From: Heterodontus francisci
Taxonomy: Eukaryota
Reading direction: 5' to 3'
Assembly: GCF_036365525.1 (NCBI RefSeq)
Contig: NC_090411.1
Location: 21,467,259-21,531,258 of the forward strand
DNA: 64,000 bases
Within the stretch, counting starts at the first letter, position 1; every line of letters begins with the position of its first letter. Both the position numbers and the translations under genes were made by a program. This document shows, piece after piece, positions 11,981 through 24,681 of the stretch. The notes under the pieces were generated by a model, which saw only the letters and a program-made list of their open reading frames with translations, was not told the DNA's origin and did no database searches.

Positions 11981-13329
11981 CCACCTATTTGAGTTCCATC
12001 TGTATGAAGAAATGCTTCCTGATTTCACTCCAGAATAGCCTGGACCACACTGCTCCCTTCGATCTGGAAGATTTTGTAGGTCTTGTTGCAGGAGGTGCAG
12101 CAAAGGAATGGGGGAAGGGATCTCTTTGGCACTGCAGACCACCAGCCAGGTCAGTAAACTCAGCACACAATGGGGATTGAACCTGAGATTTCACTGGTCT
12201 GCATGGCCCTAGCTCCCCTCTGCATAAACTCATTGAGTAATCTGGGGAACTTCTCATTTCATCTTAAGGAAAAATACTTTGGCAACTCAGGGAGGGAAAG
12301 TGAGCAGCAGAGTTATGATTCATTCTCATAATGAGGTCATGGGTCAGTGTGAGAGTGGCACCCTCACCTGAGTCAGGACTTTGTAGGTTCGAGTCCCACT
12401 CCAAGACTTGTGCACATAATCTAGTTTGGCACTATAGCAAATTGGCAGAGGTGATGAGATATTGGGGTCAATATTAAACCTCCAAACAGGAGGAAGAGGG
12501 TCAAGAAGGAGGATTAAAAATTAATAATCGGGAAGCATGACTTCAACCTGCCATGTATGTGCCTGCCACCATTTTTACAGTGGTGGTGCAAGGTGTGTGG
12601 AGACATTTCACTGTGATATATAATTCAGGCTCCCACAGTGAAGTTGGGAGCCAGATTGAAATTTAACAGTTGCAGGCTGGGTTTCCCGGGACTTCCCAGA
12701 AATCCGGCAGCTGCACAGAGATGGGAGTGAAAACAGAAAATGCTGGAAAGACTCTTGTCTGTTCTGACAAATTCTGCCTGACCTGCTGAGTATTTCCAGC
12801 ATTTTCTTTTTATTTCAGATTTCCAGCAGGAGACAGAAGAAACTGGCTGAATTAGGTACAGTACTCCTTGTGAGTCAGGAGGAGCAGCAGTGTGCTGCTG
12901 CATTTGGCCAACCCCTGCAATCTAATGATCCCCTCCCTCCAACACCACCCCGCCCCCCACCCCGACCCCCCACCCCCCATCCTGAGGCTCCTGCCCTGCA
13001 ATCAGATTACTGCCTAGGATGCCAGGGATTCCCTTATTGGTACATTCAGTGAGTTCCTACCATTGGATCAATGTAACTATATGGCCACTCTTTCCCGCCC
13101 ATCCATTGCAACCATCCCACTGACACAAAGCAGTCCTGCAACCAACCATCCACCCAATGCAGTTCCCTCCCAGTGGTCCAATAAATTCATGTCTTCCTAT
13201 TCATCAACAAGCAACTGAAAAGGGGAGTTGCCACTCAGCAACAAAGAATTTACCAACATGGGAAAATGGTGAAAAGCAATAAATTTCATGTGATTCTAGT
13301 AAATAACGGAAACCTAGTAACCTAACATT

Positions 13330-14600
13330 TGCATTAACACCCATGTCCATAACCTGGGTGAACTACAAAGCGTTACTCATCCTGTTCCCATTGCTCCTAT
13401 GTGGTGCAAACCCTATGGCCTCAGTAGAGGTAGACGGGTCAGATCCTTTCTATGTGTGTCGAGATGCTCTTAGCCGATGACCCCTGGGCATTGGAGACCA
13501 TGTGGGTCAAGGAATGCTACATTGGTGCCTGTGTAAGGGCAGTCTTGGCCAGCTGGACACAAGGCAGCATGTCAACTACTAAATGAGGGGGGTCAACAAT
13601 GAGAAGTGGGACCGCTTTGAGTGCTGTTCCCACTTCCATATTCCCTTTCACATCATCCCTCTCATGGGCCAGTCACACTTTACTCTTACTACTTTGCAGG
13701 GGAGCAGCTTGGAGCATATCAATAACACATTTTAAGGCCACAGCTAAGGTGTCTATCATCCTATTTAAGATGCCAGACATGTTGGCATCCAAAGCCTGCA
13801 CAGCCATAGTCAAGGCCTCTATGGACTCATATGATTTCCACAATTGATGTTCCATGGAGTTGGCCAATCTATCCATGTAAGAAGACATCCTCACAATGCC
13901 CAGCGACAACCCACTCATGCTTGAGCTGGACCCCTCCATTCTCTCTGCAGTTGTGGACAGTGTGTGTGGAAGGCCTGCAGTACGTCGCAGATTTTCTGCT
14001 GCCCTCCATGATTAACCTTTTCATCGATGGCCCCCAGGGTATAGCATCTAAGCAGAGCTCAGAGAGGACTGTGCTCTCCAATGCGAACTCTCCACAACTG
14101 TTCTGCCACCACTGTCTGCTCTTGCTCACTTGTGATCTGTGAGTCATCAGGTGAAAACCCAACTAGTTGCCTAACTAGATCCACCAAAGTGCAAGTATCT
14201 ATGTTGATGCACCCTCAGAAGGAATCAGCTCCTCTGAAGAATCGTTGACCAGGGTCCACCAACTGTTAAAGTATATGCGAAGGCATTGGAGGAGAGAAAA
14301 GATATGAATTATTACTGGCACGCTAAGAATATGTAACTTGCATTGTGAAGATGATCATATTTTAGTCGCTGTTGAAATCAAGTCAACAGGACTGAGTGTT
14401 GTATGACATACAGGTTGCTGATATTTAATTGTCTTACCAGGTAGCTGGGAAGTCCCTGTCTCCCCATCTCTAATAGATGCTGAAATGCCACTGATCCCCA
14501 GTGTTTTCCCCTCTGCAATAGTCAACTGTAAGATTTGTGGAGGGCCACCTCTGTTGTTCTCCCTCGTGTTATGTGTTCGCTTCTCCTGCAATGAGGGAAT
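13330..14600 (-). mobile_element. Probable Harbinger-associated Myb/SANT-like gene remnant
   Basis: Minus frame EKRTHNTRENNRGGPPQILQLTIAE resembles the 'K.AHN.RE..KTGGGP' segment after SANT domains. A heptad-like ORF (RMSSYMDRLANSMEHQL) follows. Confidence 0.5.
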
Positions 14601-14799
14601 GAACAGACTTATCAGTGACTGTAATGGTATGTATTCATCTGATGGATGCAGTGCATTTGGTGAAGGTGACTATCGGGGAAAGGCATCAAACTGCTTAAGG
14701 ATCAGGGTGAGTAGCAGTGGTGGATGGAGAGATGGGGATGTGAGAAAGTGCATAGAAAGAGAACAATGGGTGCACTCGCAAGGTAAGTGAGGAGTTATA

Positions 14800-15345
14800 C
14801 AGTCATTTATGGCACAGAAGGAGGCCATTAGGCCCATCAAGTCCAGGCCAGCTCTCCATGGAGCTATCCAGTCATTCCCACTGCCCCGCTTGATCCTTGT
14901 AGCCCTGCAAGTTTATTTCCTTCAAGTGACCATCCAGTTTCCTTTTGAAGTTATTGATTGTCTCCACTTCCACCACTCTTGTGGGCAGCGAGTTCCAGGT
15001 CATTACTGCATAAAAAAATTCTTCCTCATATTCCCGCTGCATCTCTTGCCCAAAACCTTCAATCTGTGTCGCTTAGTTCTTGTACCATCAGTTACAGGAA
15101 CGGTTTTTCCTTGCTTAACTTACCTAAGCCTGTCATAATCTTGTACAGCACTATCAAATCTCCCCTCAATCTCCTTTGCTCTAGGGAGAACAACCCAGCT
15201 TTTCCAACCTAAACCTTGTAACTAAAATCCCCAATCATTGGAACCATTCTGGTAAATCCCCTCTGCACCCTCTCAAGGACCCTCACATCCTTCCTAAAGT
15301 GGGATGACCAGAACTGGATGCAATACTCCAGTTGGGGCCTAACCA
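14800..15345 (-). mobile_element. CR1 LINE 3' fragment
   Basis: CR1 tail and RT-end motifs in reverse orientation. Confidence 0.8.
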
Positions 15346-15727
15346 CAGGCCTTGTACACTGCTTCAATTAGGGTTAATGCTGTAGTTAGAAATAGTGTCT
15401 CAAATTCCTCCTGGGCACTCTTCAGCCTTCTGGTCTGAATATTGACGCCAACAACTTCAATCCTTACTTTCTTTCTGGATTCTGGCCTTCACAGTCCTCC
15501 CATTTTTAAGCCATTACTGACTCACAATTAACAAATGATAACAAGGAGGAACTTTAAGTGGTAGAAGTCACGCTACAACCTGTTCTGTAATTTAAAAATC
15601 TTCTTATGCAATATTGAATCTGTTAACTGTTTCTATGTGAAAGCAATATATTTGAACTTTTGACTTGCCTGCTGTTTCAACTACTTTCTTGCTTTAGTTA
15701 ACTCCTATAAATGAACTCGCCTCTTAG

Positions 15728-16900
15728 AAACATGGAAAATAGGAGCAGGAGTAGTCTATTCGGCCCTTCGGGTCTGCTCCGCCTTTCAAAAAAGATCATG
15801 ACTGATCGTCTAATTCAGTACCCTGTTCCCGCTTCTCCCCATATCCCTTGATCCCTTTGGCATTAAGAAATATATCTATCTCCTTCTTGAATATATTTAA
15901 TGACTTGGCCTCCACTGCCTTCTGTGGTAGAGAATTCCACAGGTTCACCACCCTCTAAGTAAAGAAATTTCTCCTTATCTCGGTTCTAAATGGCATTCCC
16001 TGCATCCTGAGACTGTGACCCCTGGTTCTCGACTCCCCAGCCATCGGGAACGTCGTCCCCGCATCCAGCCTGTCTAGTCCTGTTAGAATTTTATAGGTTT
16101 CTATGAGATTCCCTACCATTCTTCAAACTCTAGTGAATATAGGCCGAGTTGACCCAATCTCTCCTCATACACCAATCCTGCCATTCCAGGAATCAAAGAA
16201 ACAAAGAACAAAGAAAATTACAGCACAGGAACAGGCCCTTCGGCCCTCCAAGCCTGCGCCGATCCAGATCCTCTATCTAAACATGCACTCCCCCCAAGGC
16301 AAGAACATCCTTCCTCAGATAAGGAGACCAAAACTGCACACAATACTCCAGATGTGGTCTCGCCAAAGCCCTGTGTAACTGCAGTAAAACATCCTTGCTC
16401 CTGTACTCAAATCCTCTTGCAATGAAGACCAACATACCATTCGCCTTCCTAACTGCTTGCTGCACCTGAATGCTTGCTTTCAGCAACTGGTGTACAAGGA
16501 CACCCAGGTCTCGTTGCACCTCCCCCTTTCCCAATCTATCACCATTCAGATAATAATCTGCTTTTCTGTTTTTACAACCAAAGTGGATAACCTCACATTT
16601 ATCCATATTATACTGCATCTGCCATGCATTTGCCCGCTCACCCAACTTGTCCAAATCACATTGGAGCCTCTTTGCATCCTCCTCACAGCTCACATTCCCC
16701 CCCAGCTTTGTGTCGTCTGCAAATTTGGAAATGTTACTTTTAGTTCCCTCACCCAAGTCATTAATATATATTGTGAATAGCTGGGGCCCAAGCACTGATC
16801 CCTGCGGTACCCCACTAGTCACTGCCTATCACCTGGAAAAAGACCCTTTTATTCCTACTCTTTATTTCCTATCTGTCAATCAATGTTTCCTGTCTGTCAA
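15728..16900 (-). mobile_element. CR1 LINE 3' fragment with a short nested CR1 tail (about 16194-16280)
   Basis: [46 protein letters not shown]. Confidence 0.9.
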
Positions 16901-17159
16901 CCATTCCAGTCTGATGTTCAGTTTCACTCAAAATATAAACCTTTTTTTCCCACTTAGCACTGGGTATTCCAGCACTTTCTGTTTTTACACCATAATTTCA
17001 TAATATTGAAAAAACTGGAGAACTTGTTCACAAACAGCATGACAATACCAAGACTATGAAAATGTACTACTTAGAGCAAGAAATGTACATTCAAATTTAC
17101 TCCTTCAACATAACTACCACAATCTTAAACTCTCTCCTGCCCAAGATCTCAGTAATGAA

Positions 17160-18470
17160 TGAACTTGCATTTATTTAGCACCTTCCAATGCCTCAAGAAG
17201 TCTTGAAGCATTAAACAGCCAATGAAGGACCTTTGAAGTGTGGTCATTGTAGTGACGTAGTTTGCAGCAGCCAATTTGCACACAGCAAACTCCCACAAAC
17301 AACAATGGACTAATGACAAGTGTTACGACTGAGGCGGGAGGAGTGCACTGTTAATTCAGTCCCACTTCTCCACAGGTCATAACATATTTTTAAAAATTTT
17401 CCCACTTACTGAAACAGTCAATCAGATACACTATTTTTCCCCAGAATAGAACACACTAACCAGGTTTCTTTATTGAACAACAAAATTAACAGTATATTAT
17501 GAAACAAGTCTTAATGAGTAATGAAGTAAAACAATATCACACAGATCAAAGTCCCCTTTCTACCTTACTTAACCAAATTTTAAAGTCCCTTTTTACCTTA
17601 GTCCCTTCACACTCACACACACACTCACCAGTTAACCAAAAAAAATGAAAGAAAGGATTTTTTGGTCAGAGCTCTGTTACAGACAAAAAACATTTGGGTT
17701 AACTAGTTACTCGTTTTGAAGGAAACAGCAGATGAGCTATATTGTTCCAAACTGGAGTATAGTCTAACTTCCGAGTACATGTGGACAGGTCATTAGGATT
17801 TTCCAGAACAGTTCTCTTCAGGCAGCATTGAGAATTATTTTTAGCAGGTTTTCTTCAAATACAGGAAACAAGATGAATCAATACAGTGCACTTCACAGGG
17901 TCTTTTCTTGGGAGTTTCTGGAAAGCGAGCTGGGTTGAGATCTTCTGTCCTTTTTTGACACTTCAACAGCTGACTTTACCTCCTTCCAGACGGTAAAACA
18001 CACACGCACCGACACAAAACCAGAAAGCTTGTCATTTTTTTCTGCCCTTCCAGGTGCTTTTTGTTACTACTGGGCTTGTCCAATCAAAGCAGCACTTGTC
18101 ACTTTTCTATCCCTGTTACCAGGGTTTCCACTTCAAGCCTAACCCGAGCCACGTGACAACCAGCAACACCATTGCCAATCCGGCTCCCTCAGTGTTCATG
18201 ATGGCTCTCTTTTTTAAAAAAAAACCTGGTCCAACATTTATTCAGTTTAACCATAAATTTCTTTAAAATATCCTTAACAAAAACAAAACAGGACTTTGGG
18301 TACAATCCCTGCTGTTTTTCAAAATGGTGCCATGGGACCTTTTACGCCCACCTGAGAAGACAGACGAGTCCTTGGTTTAATGTCCTATCTGAAGAATGGC
18401 ATCTTCGACAGTGCAGCACTCCCTCACCACTACACTGAAGTGTCAGCCTAGAATTTACACTGAAGTCTCC
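17160..18470 (-). mobile_element. Deu-SINE split by an LTR-like insertion (17321-about 18300)
   Basis: SINE tail at 17160-17320 and Deu core at 18305-18470. The insert starts TGTTACGAC; no matching TSD was found at its right end. Confidence 0.6.
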
Positions 18471-18645
18471 TCTTCCTAATCCAAATATGTGGGATCCTCC
18501 AGGGGTCAGTGTTAGGACCCCAGTTTTCCTGATATATATTAATGATCTAGACTTGGGTGTACATGGCACAATTTTAAAAACTGCAGATGACACAAAATTT
18601 GAAAGTATTGTGGATTGCGAAGAAGATAGGGATAAACTTCAAGGG

Positions 18646-19310
18646 TGTCACGGTCTATTTTTTATCTCCTCGGAAATATTGTGTGCCTTTAAGACTGTAA
18701 AAAGATCAGAGCACCTTCAAGATAGAAAGTTCTGGAGACTCAGTCTGCCAGTTGCATTCTGGTTGCCAGACAACAGCAGCAGGAGAGACAGATCACGTGA
18801 TTCAATGTTGCAGTTTTGACTTTAAACTAGCTGGCAGAGACTGGTTTTGAGCAGAGAGAGTTCTGAGGTGATTTAAACTGAAGAAGCTGTATTATTCCTC
18901 TCTCAAAATGCTACAAAGCTTCAAGCCAATTTAATTTCCTAAGAAAAATAAGAAAAGCTTTTCTTTCTTAACAAATTATTGGTATTTGCTGTGTTCATCT
19001 GAAAGGACAGCCGAACTGCTGAATTCCTATCTTGGAAGGACCTTTTTTTTTCATCGGACCACTGTGACGACTTCAAGCGACCTTTGACTGTTTCTACATT
19101 GTAAGACTCTATTCATCAGGAACGTAACGTGCGAAGACTTTATTTTTTTTATTTCATTCTCAACGGCCGGCTAATTAAAAACTAAAGTACTGTTAATTTT
19201 GAGTATATGTATGCAAATGTGAGAGTTAGATTTTTAAATCAGAAGTTATAAGGTCTTTCGACATAGGCGTATCTTAGTAGTGTTTAAGATTTTAGTTTTT
19301 TTCATAAATA
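18646..19310 (+). mobile_element. Truncated LTR-like element abutting a CR1 fragment
   Basis: TGTCACGG start directly after CR1 RT sequence (18495-18645). Confidence 0.45.
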
Positions 19311-19429
19311 GATCAGCCACAGTCCAATTAAATAGCAGAGCAAGGTGGAGGAGTTGAATAGTCTCCTCCTGTTTCTATAAATGAAACATGTTGCTTCTGC
19401 AACTCTCAACCCCCTTTTCAATCCACCAT

Positions 19430-20000
19430 GGAACCACGTGAGACCACATCAAACACCATCAACAATAGCCACGTGGTCAGCTGACACCCACCTGATTGAG
19501 ACACGTGATGCTCCGCCCGTGCCTGACACCGCCCCCTCGATTGGATGTCACTGGTAACCATGGAGACGGATCCGCCCCGCCCTGCGTGCTTTGAAAACGC
19601 GCGACGTCACAGCCCGCAACACCTAACGTCTTGGAGACGACGTTGGGAATATGGCGCTCAACAGGAATCATTCGCAGAGCGGTGGCGGCGTCATCATCAA
19701 TAACGGCGAGAGGTGAGGCGCTTGTTCCCCCCGGTTAACGCGGGGGAGTTGTCGCCGTTGGTAAACGGTACGCAGCCGCTTTCGCAGGTGCCTGCGGCCT
19801 GTTTATTCTTAAAATGCCGGGCCTGCCTTCCTTTTCCGTTAACGTAGGCGGCTTAAATCTGCGTTTAATTCGAGAATTATGGGCAGGTTTTTTGGTTGAA
19901 TTAATCTTGCTGATGTCGGTGCCAATGAACATTGTAATCTCCAGTTTTACCTAATTTGGGCGGGGAGCGCGGGGCAAGTACAAAGCTCCTGTTCGCAGCA
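19430..20000 (+). promoter_or_regulatory. CpG-island promoter of the WBP2NL-like gene
   Basis: CpG dense; CACGTG at 19435, 19470 and 19502; X-box-like GTAACCATGGAGAC 19554-19567; GC boxes; GACGTCAC 19603. Confidence 0.85.
19651..19712 (+). CDS. WBP2NL: WW-domain binding protein 2 family, exon 1 (MALNRNHSQSGGGVIINNGE-S)
   Basis: Matches the family N-terminus; AG|gtgagg donor, phase 2. Confidence 0.9.
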
Positions 20001-21857
20001 CCAAATCATGTCAATCAATCAATCCTTGAATCCGCCCTTCTCTCATGCTGATTGGCTGTTTTCAGACCCATTCAGGTTCTATTGGTGGACACCGCTGTCA
20101 GTCAGAATGATCCTCCCCTGCTGGAAAGGGATGTAAACACGAGGATGCTGTCATCAGACTGGTTGCATAAGAGAGGGAGGAGGGAGGGGAGGGGTGGTGA
20201 GTGCTGTCCTAAACGGACTTGATTCCATTGTTTAACAAGTATTTTATTGCAGAATGAAGGGATTTGAATCTAGTGACTTTCTTTGACTTTAAGTTAAATA
20301 TCATAAACGGGCGCCGTTTGACGCATCATGTCCGTGCCAGCTCTTTGAAAGAGTTGTTCACTGCCCTGCTCTTTCCCCGTAGCCCTTCAAATATTTCTTC
20401 TATGCCCTTTTGGTATTATATCTGCATCAACCAGTCTTTCAACCAGTGCATTTCAACTTAGAATATCGCTTTGTACAACTTTTTTTTAAAAATAAAATCT
20501 TCAACTGTAAGTACTAGAAAAGTGAAAAAAAAGATTGAACTTTTCAGAAATTTCTGGTGTATTGTGATTTGAAAATCAACTCCCCTCACAGGTAGATACT
20601 GACTGCCAAACACCACTTACTAGCCACCAACTGCAAACAGTAATATTTCTGTCCACTGAAATGTTTCTTGTTGAATGCCACTGACTTTTTTTTATTTTCT
20701 TTAACATCTTGATATATTATACATTGCTGGTTTTCTAGATTCATTAATAAATAAGCTTGGGGGAGGGACAGATAGGTTATGGAGCAGCAATGGTGATGCT
20801 GTATATTGAAGCAATCCTGTTAAACTAAATTCACGGTTAGTCACTGATACTGCAAGTAATGTTTTAACTTCTGAAGTGGCTCGTCTTTTCATTGCCTGTC
20901 AAACTGAATTGTAGTAAATTCTCCCACCCCTGCCCTGTTGTCCAAGGGCTAGTTAACATGTTGAATGTAGACAATGAATGTTGGATTGTTTGAGTTATAG
21001 TTATAAATTGGGGTATGGCCAATTTTGCTAAGCTGAGAAGTGATTTAGCAAAAGTGGACTGGAAACCACTACTTGAAGGTAAATTAGTGTCAGAGTAGTG
21101 GGGGGCATTCAAAGGGGAGTTTTGGGGTTTCAGAATTAAATATGTTCCCACAGAGGAAGGGTGGGATGGCCAAATCTAGAGCCCCCATGCATGTCGAGGA
21201 ACTAATGGGCTACAATGAGGCAGAAAAGGAAAGCTTGTATCAGACACCAAGAACTCAATGCTGTAAAAACTGAGAGGCATTTAGAAAATAGAGGGGTAAA
21301 ATCAAAAAAGGAATTAGGAAAGCAAAGAGAGGGCATGAAGGAATATTCACAATAAAATCAAGGAGAACCCAAAGATGTTTTATCAATACATTAAGCGTAA
21401 GAGGATAACTAAGGAAAGAGTAAGGCCCATAAAAGAGCAAAAACGGAACGTATCTGTGGAGGTGGAAGATGTGGATATGGTTCTTAACGAATACGTTGTG
21501 TCTGTCTTCACAGAAGAGGGGGATGATAGACGTTGTAGTTGAGGAGGAGGGGGAATGAATCAAGAAGTTTGCAACGACAGAAAAATTAGCTGTGTGGTTG
21601 ATAGTGAGGAGAATAGCAGCAGACTGCAGGAAGATATCAATGGACTAGTCAGTTGGGTAGAAAGTGACAAATGGAATTTAACCGAGAGAATTGTAAAGTC
21701 TTGTTTGACCTTCCCAAATGCAAGGCATAAAGCTCGATAAATGGGAGGATACTGAGAGGTGTAGAGGAAATGAGGGACCTTGGAGTGTCTGCCCACAGAT
21801 CCCTGAAGGTAGCAGGACAGGTCGATAAGGTGGTTAAGAAGGCATATGGAATCCTTT

Positions 21858-21954
21858 ACAACAAAAACAAGAAATGCTGGAGTCACTCAGCAGGTCTGGC
21901 AGCATCTGTGGAAAGAGAAGCAGCGTTAACGTTTCGGGTCAGTGACCCTTCTTC
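21858..21954 (-). mobile_element. 97-bp Penelope-terminus mini-insertion with 10-bp TSD
   Basis: GGAATCCTTT at 21848-21857 and 21955-21964; the insert carries a hammerhead-like core. Confidence 0.85.
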
Positions 21955-21979
21955 GGAATCCTTTCCTTTATTAGCCAAG

Positions 21980-22815
21980 TGTCATGCAAGCCGCCCCACC
22001 CGCCAAGACTGAGGCACACATTATTTCGCCAAATTAACATTAAAACTTAAATTTGTAAGCCCCTGACTGAAAAGACATTTTCATAGTAACATACAGTTTT
22101 GGGACAAAGGACCAAGCCCTGACTCATTCAACCAGCAATGGACTTTAGATTACCAGACGTTGAAGCATCCCAGGTTAACTACTAAGATGGCCAAATACGC
22201 AGAAGTGGTCAGACCAGTTTTGGTCACATGACTGACTGTTGGAGTTTTTGAATTTGAACTTCCAACAGGGAATTTGTGATCAGAAAGCTCCTGGTTTGAT
22301 AACCTCCCTCTCCTGTCTGCTTTCATCTCGCTCACACCAGCATTGGAAACCATTGAAGACAAAGGAACACTAAGAGAAAAGTCCCCTACAGTGAACAAGG
22401 TTTACGAAGAATACTGGCCCCCAACAAAAAGTAAGAGCTGTCTACAATCAAGGACTCTCTGGCGAGCTGAAAACACAGCACAGTAAACCAGAAACTCTTC
22501 TGAAATTGCCTCATACCTCTCCATTTTATTATTTTTTTCTGTCCCTATTTGCATGTATCGCGTATGCATGCTAGCATGGGCGTGTCGTATATCCATAGGC
22601 ATGCATCCTATTGGAGTTTAAGTTTAATAAATTTCACTTTTCTTTAAACTTAAGAAAAAGCTGATGTGCTCACTTCTTTGCCTTATAATTGGAAAGCTGT
22701 GAACAAGTATTCACAAAGGGGGAGCTCAAAACACTTTAAAGTTAAACCCCGTTACAATAAGACCAGATGAAGACAGTAATGGACCCCTAGACATCTTTCT
22801 CACCTGGTTGTAACA
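21980..22815 (+). mobile_element. Solo LTR (836 bp) with 4-bp TSD
   Basis: TGTCATG...TGTAACA; CAAG at 21976-21979 and 22816-22819; AATAAA at about 22626; the host CR1 rejoins across it. Confidence 0.85.
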
Positions 22816-24681
22816 CAAGGCACAGAATCTAAGAGCAGGAGGTTTTGCTGGAACTGTGTAAAACATAAGTTAGGCCCCAACCGGAGTACTGGTGTGCAAT
22901 TCTGATCACATTACAAAAAGGATATAATTGCACTAGAAAGGGTACAGAGGAGATTTGAGAATGTTGCCAGGACTGGAATATTGCAGCTATGAGGAACGAT
23001 TGAATAGGCTGCTGGTATTCTCCTTGGAGCAGAGGAGGCTGAGGGGTGATTTGATTGAAATGTACAAAATTGTGAGGGGCTTGGATAGAGTGGATGGAAA
23101 GGGCCTGTTCATCTTAACAGGGGTCAGTGACTAGGGGGTGTAGATTTAAAGTGATTGGTAGAGGGAAGATGAGGAAACTTTTTTTTTCACCCAGAGGGTG
23201 GTGGGGGTCTGGAACTTGCTGCCTGAGAGGGTGGTAGAGGCAGAAAACTCATCTAATTTTAGAAGGTGCTTGGATATGCACCTGAAGTGCTGTAATCTGC
23301 AAAGCTACAAACCAAACGCTGGAAAGTGGGATTCGGCTGGATGGCTTTTTTTTTTTGCTGGCACAGACATGGCCTCTTTCTGTGCTGTAAACGTTCTATG
23401 AGCACGAAGCGGGGATTCATGACCAAGGCCAATCCAATCTTCAGCTAACATCTACACGTGTACTTCCTGACAAGTCACTGAATAGCAATTGGGATTAGGA
23501 GCCCTCTTCTATCCTCCCTGTAGTTAATGGAAATTAACAGATGATTGAGAGTGCTCCGATTTATATCTTGCACCGTGTAGGTTCACAATGCCTCCATGTG
23601 GAATGAGGTTAATACAACAGAAATAACATGAACTGAATTTAATCTCCAGAAGCGTTGAGGATAATTCTCGGAGGATAACTGAAGTGTGGATAATGAACAG
23701 TTCTGTTGTACCTTTATTGTATAGGAGTGTTATGCAAGTAATAACCAACAGAGGGGTATGGGTTTTTAGTTTGGTCTGCTGGGTGTCTGGCATGCAGAAT
23801 CCTATTGCCCTGTTTGAGAAGTCAGCTCCTGAAAAGTTTAGACTTGAGCTACTGTTTGCCCAATATAGAATGAACTTTGACAAATTTGTATTTATTGCCC
23901 ATCTGTAGTTGTCAGAAGAAAGCGGTAGCTGTGGGCCTTTCTGAATCACATCAGTCCTTGTGCTGAAGGTGTTCTGTTGGGGATTCCAGGACTTTGACAG
24001 TGGTAATTATGGGTGGTGGTATATATCTAAGATGGTCTGTGACTTGGAGTTTTTGGTGTTCCCATGATTTACTGCTCTAGTCATCTTCAGTGGTAGAAGT
24101 CAAGGAACTGGGGCATCTTGTATCGCATCCTGCAGACAGTACATAATGCAACCATACTTGGCTGGTAGTGGAGGGCTTGGATATTGAGTCCACTGGTGGG
24201 GCACCAATCAGATGGACTGCTCAGCTCTGAATGGCCTTGAGTAGTGTTGAAGCTAAGATTTCATCATATCCGACTTAAGCTTTGTAAATGATGGCGTGGC
24301 ATTGCAATGAGCCACTTGATGTTTCTGCTCAGCGGTGCGGCCCCTTCTCTCTCTCTCTCTCTCTCTCTCTCGCACGCACACACACAATGTTGATGGCCAT
24401 GTCTGACTATAGTAGCCCAATTTTTTTTTCAGGAGGTCACTAGCATGTGAATAAAGCAGTGTCTGGATATTGTCTCTATGGACTTCCAGTAGGCATTTGA
24501 CAAGGCTTTGCACATTTAGATTGATAAAAATGAGAACACACTGCATTGGAGGTAACTGTCTGATATGGGTTGGGTGGTAGGAGATAGAGATTCAGTGTAA
24601 AGGGTTTATTCTCTGGTGAGATTGGCAAGTGGTGTTCCCCAGGGTCTTGTACTGAGTTCTCCACTTTTCGCTGTATATTTA

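Larger units (their letters stand above)
20995..23400 (+). mobile_element. Fragmented CR1 LINE hosting nested insertions
   Basis: CR1 ORF2 motifs (IKENPKMF, MRDLGVSAHRSLKVAGQVDKVVKKAYG, VVGVWNLLPE) are interrupted at 21858 and 21980. Confidence 0.85.

Noticed and set aside
24346-24387. (CT)n(CA)n tract giving an RERERE ORF
   Set aside because: Simple microsatellite.
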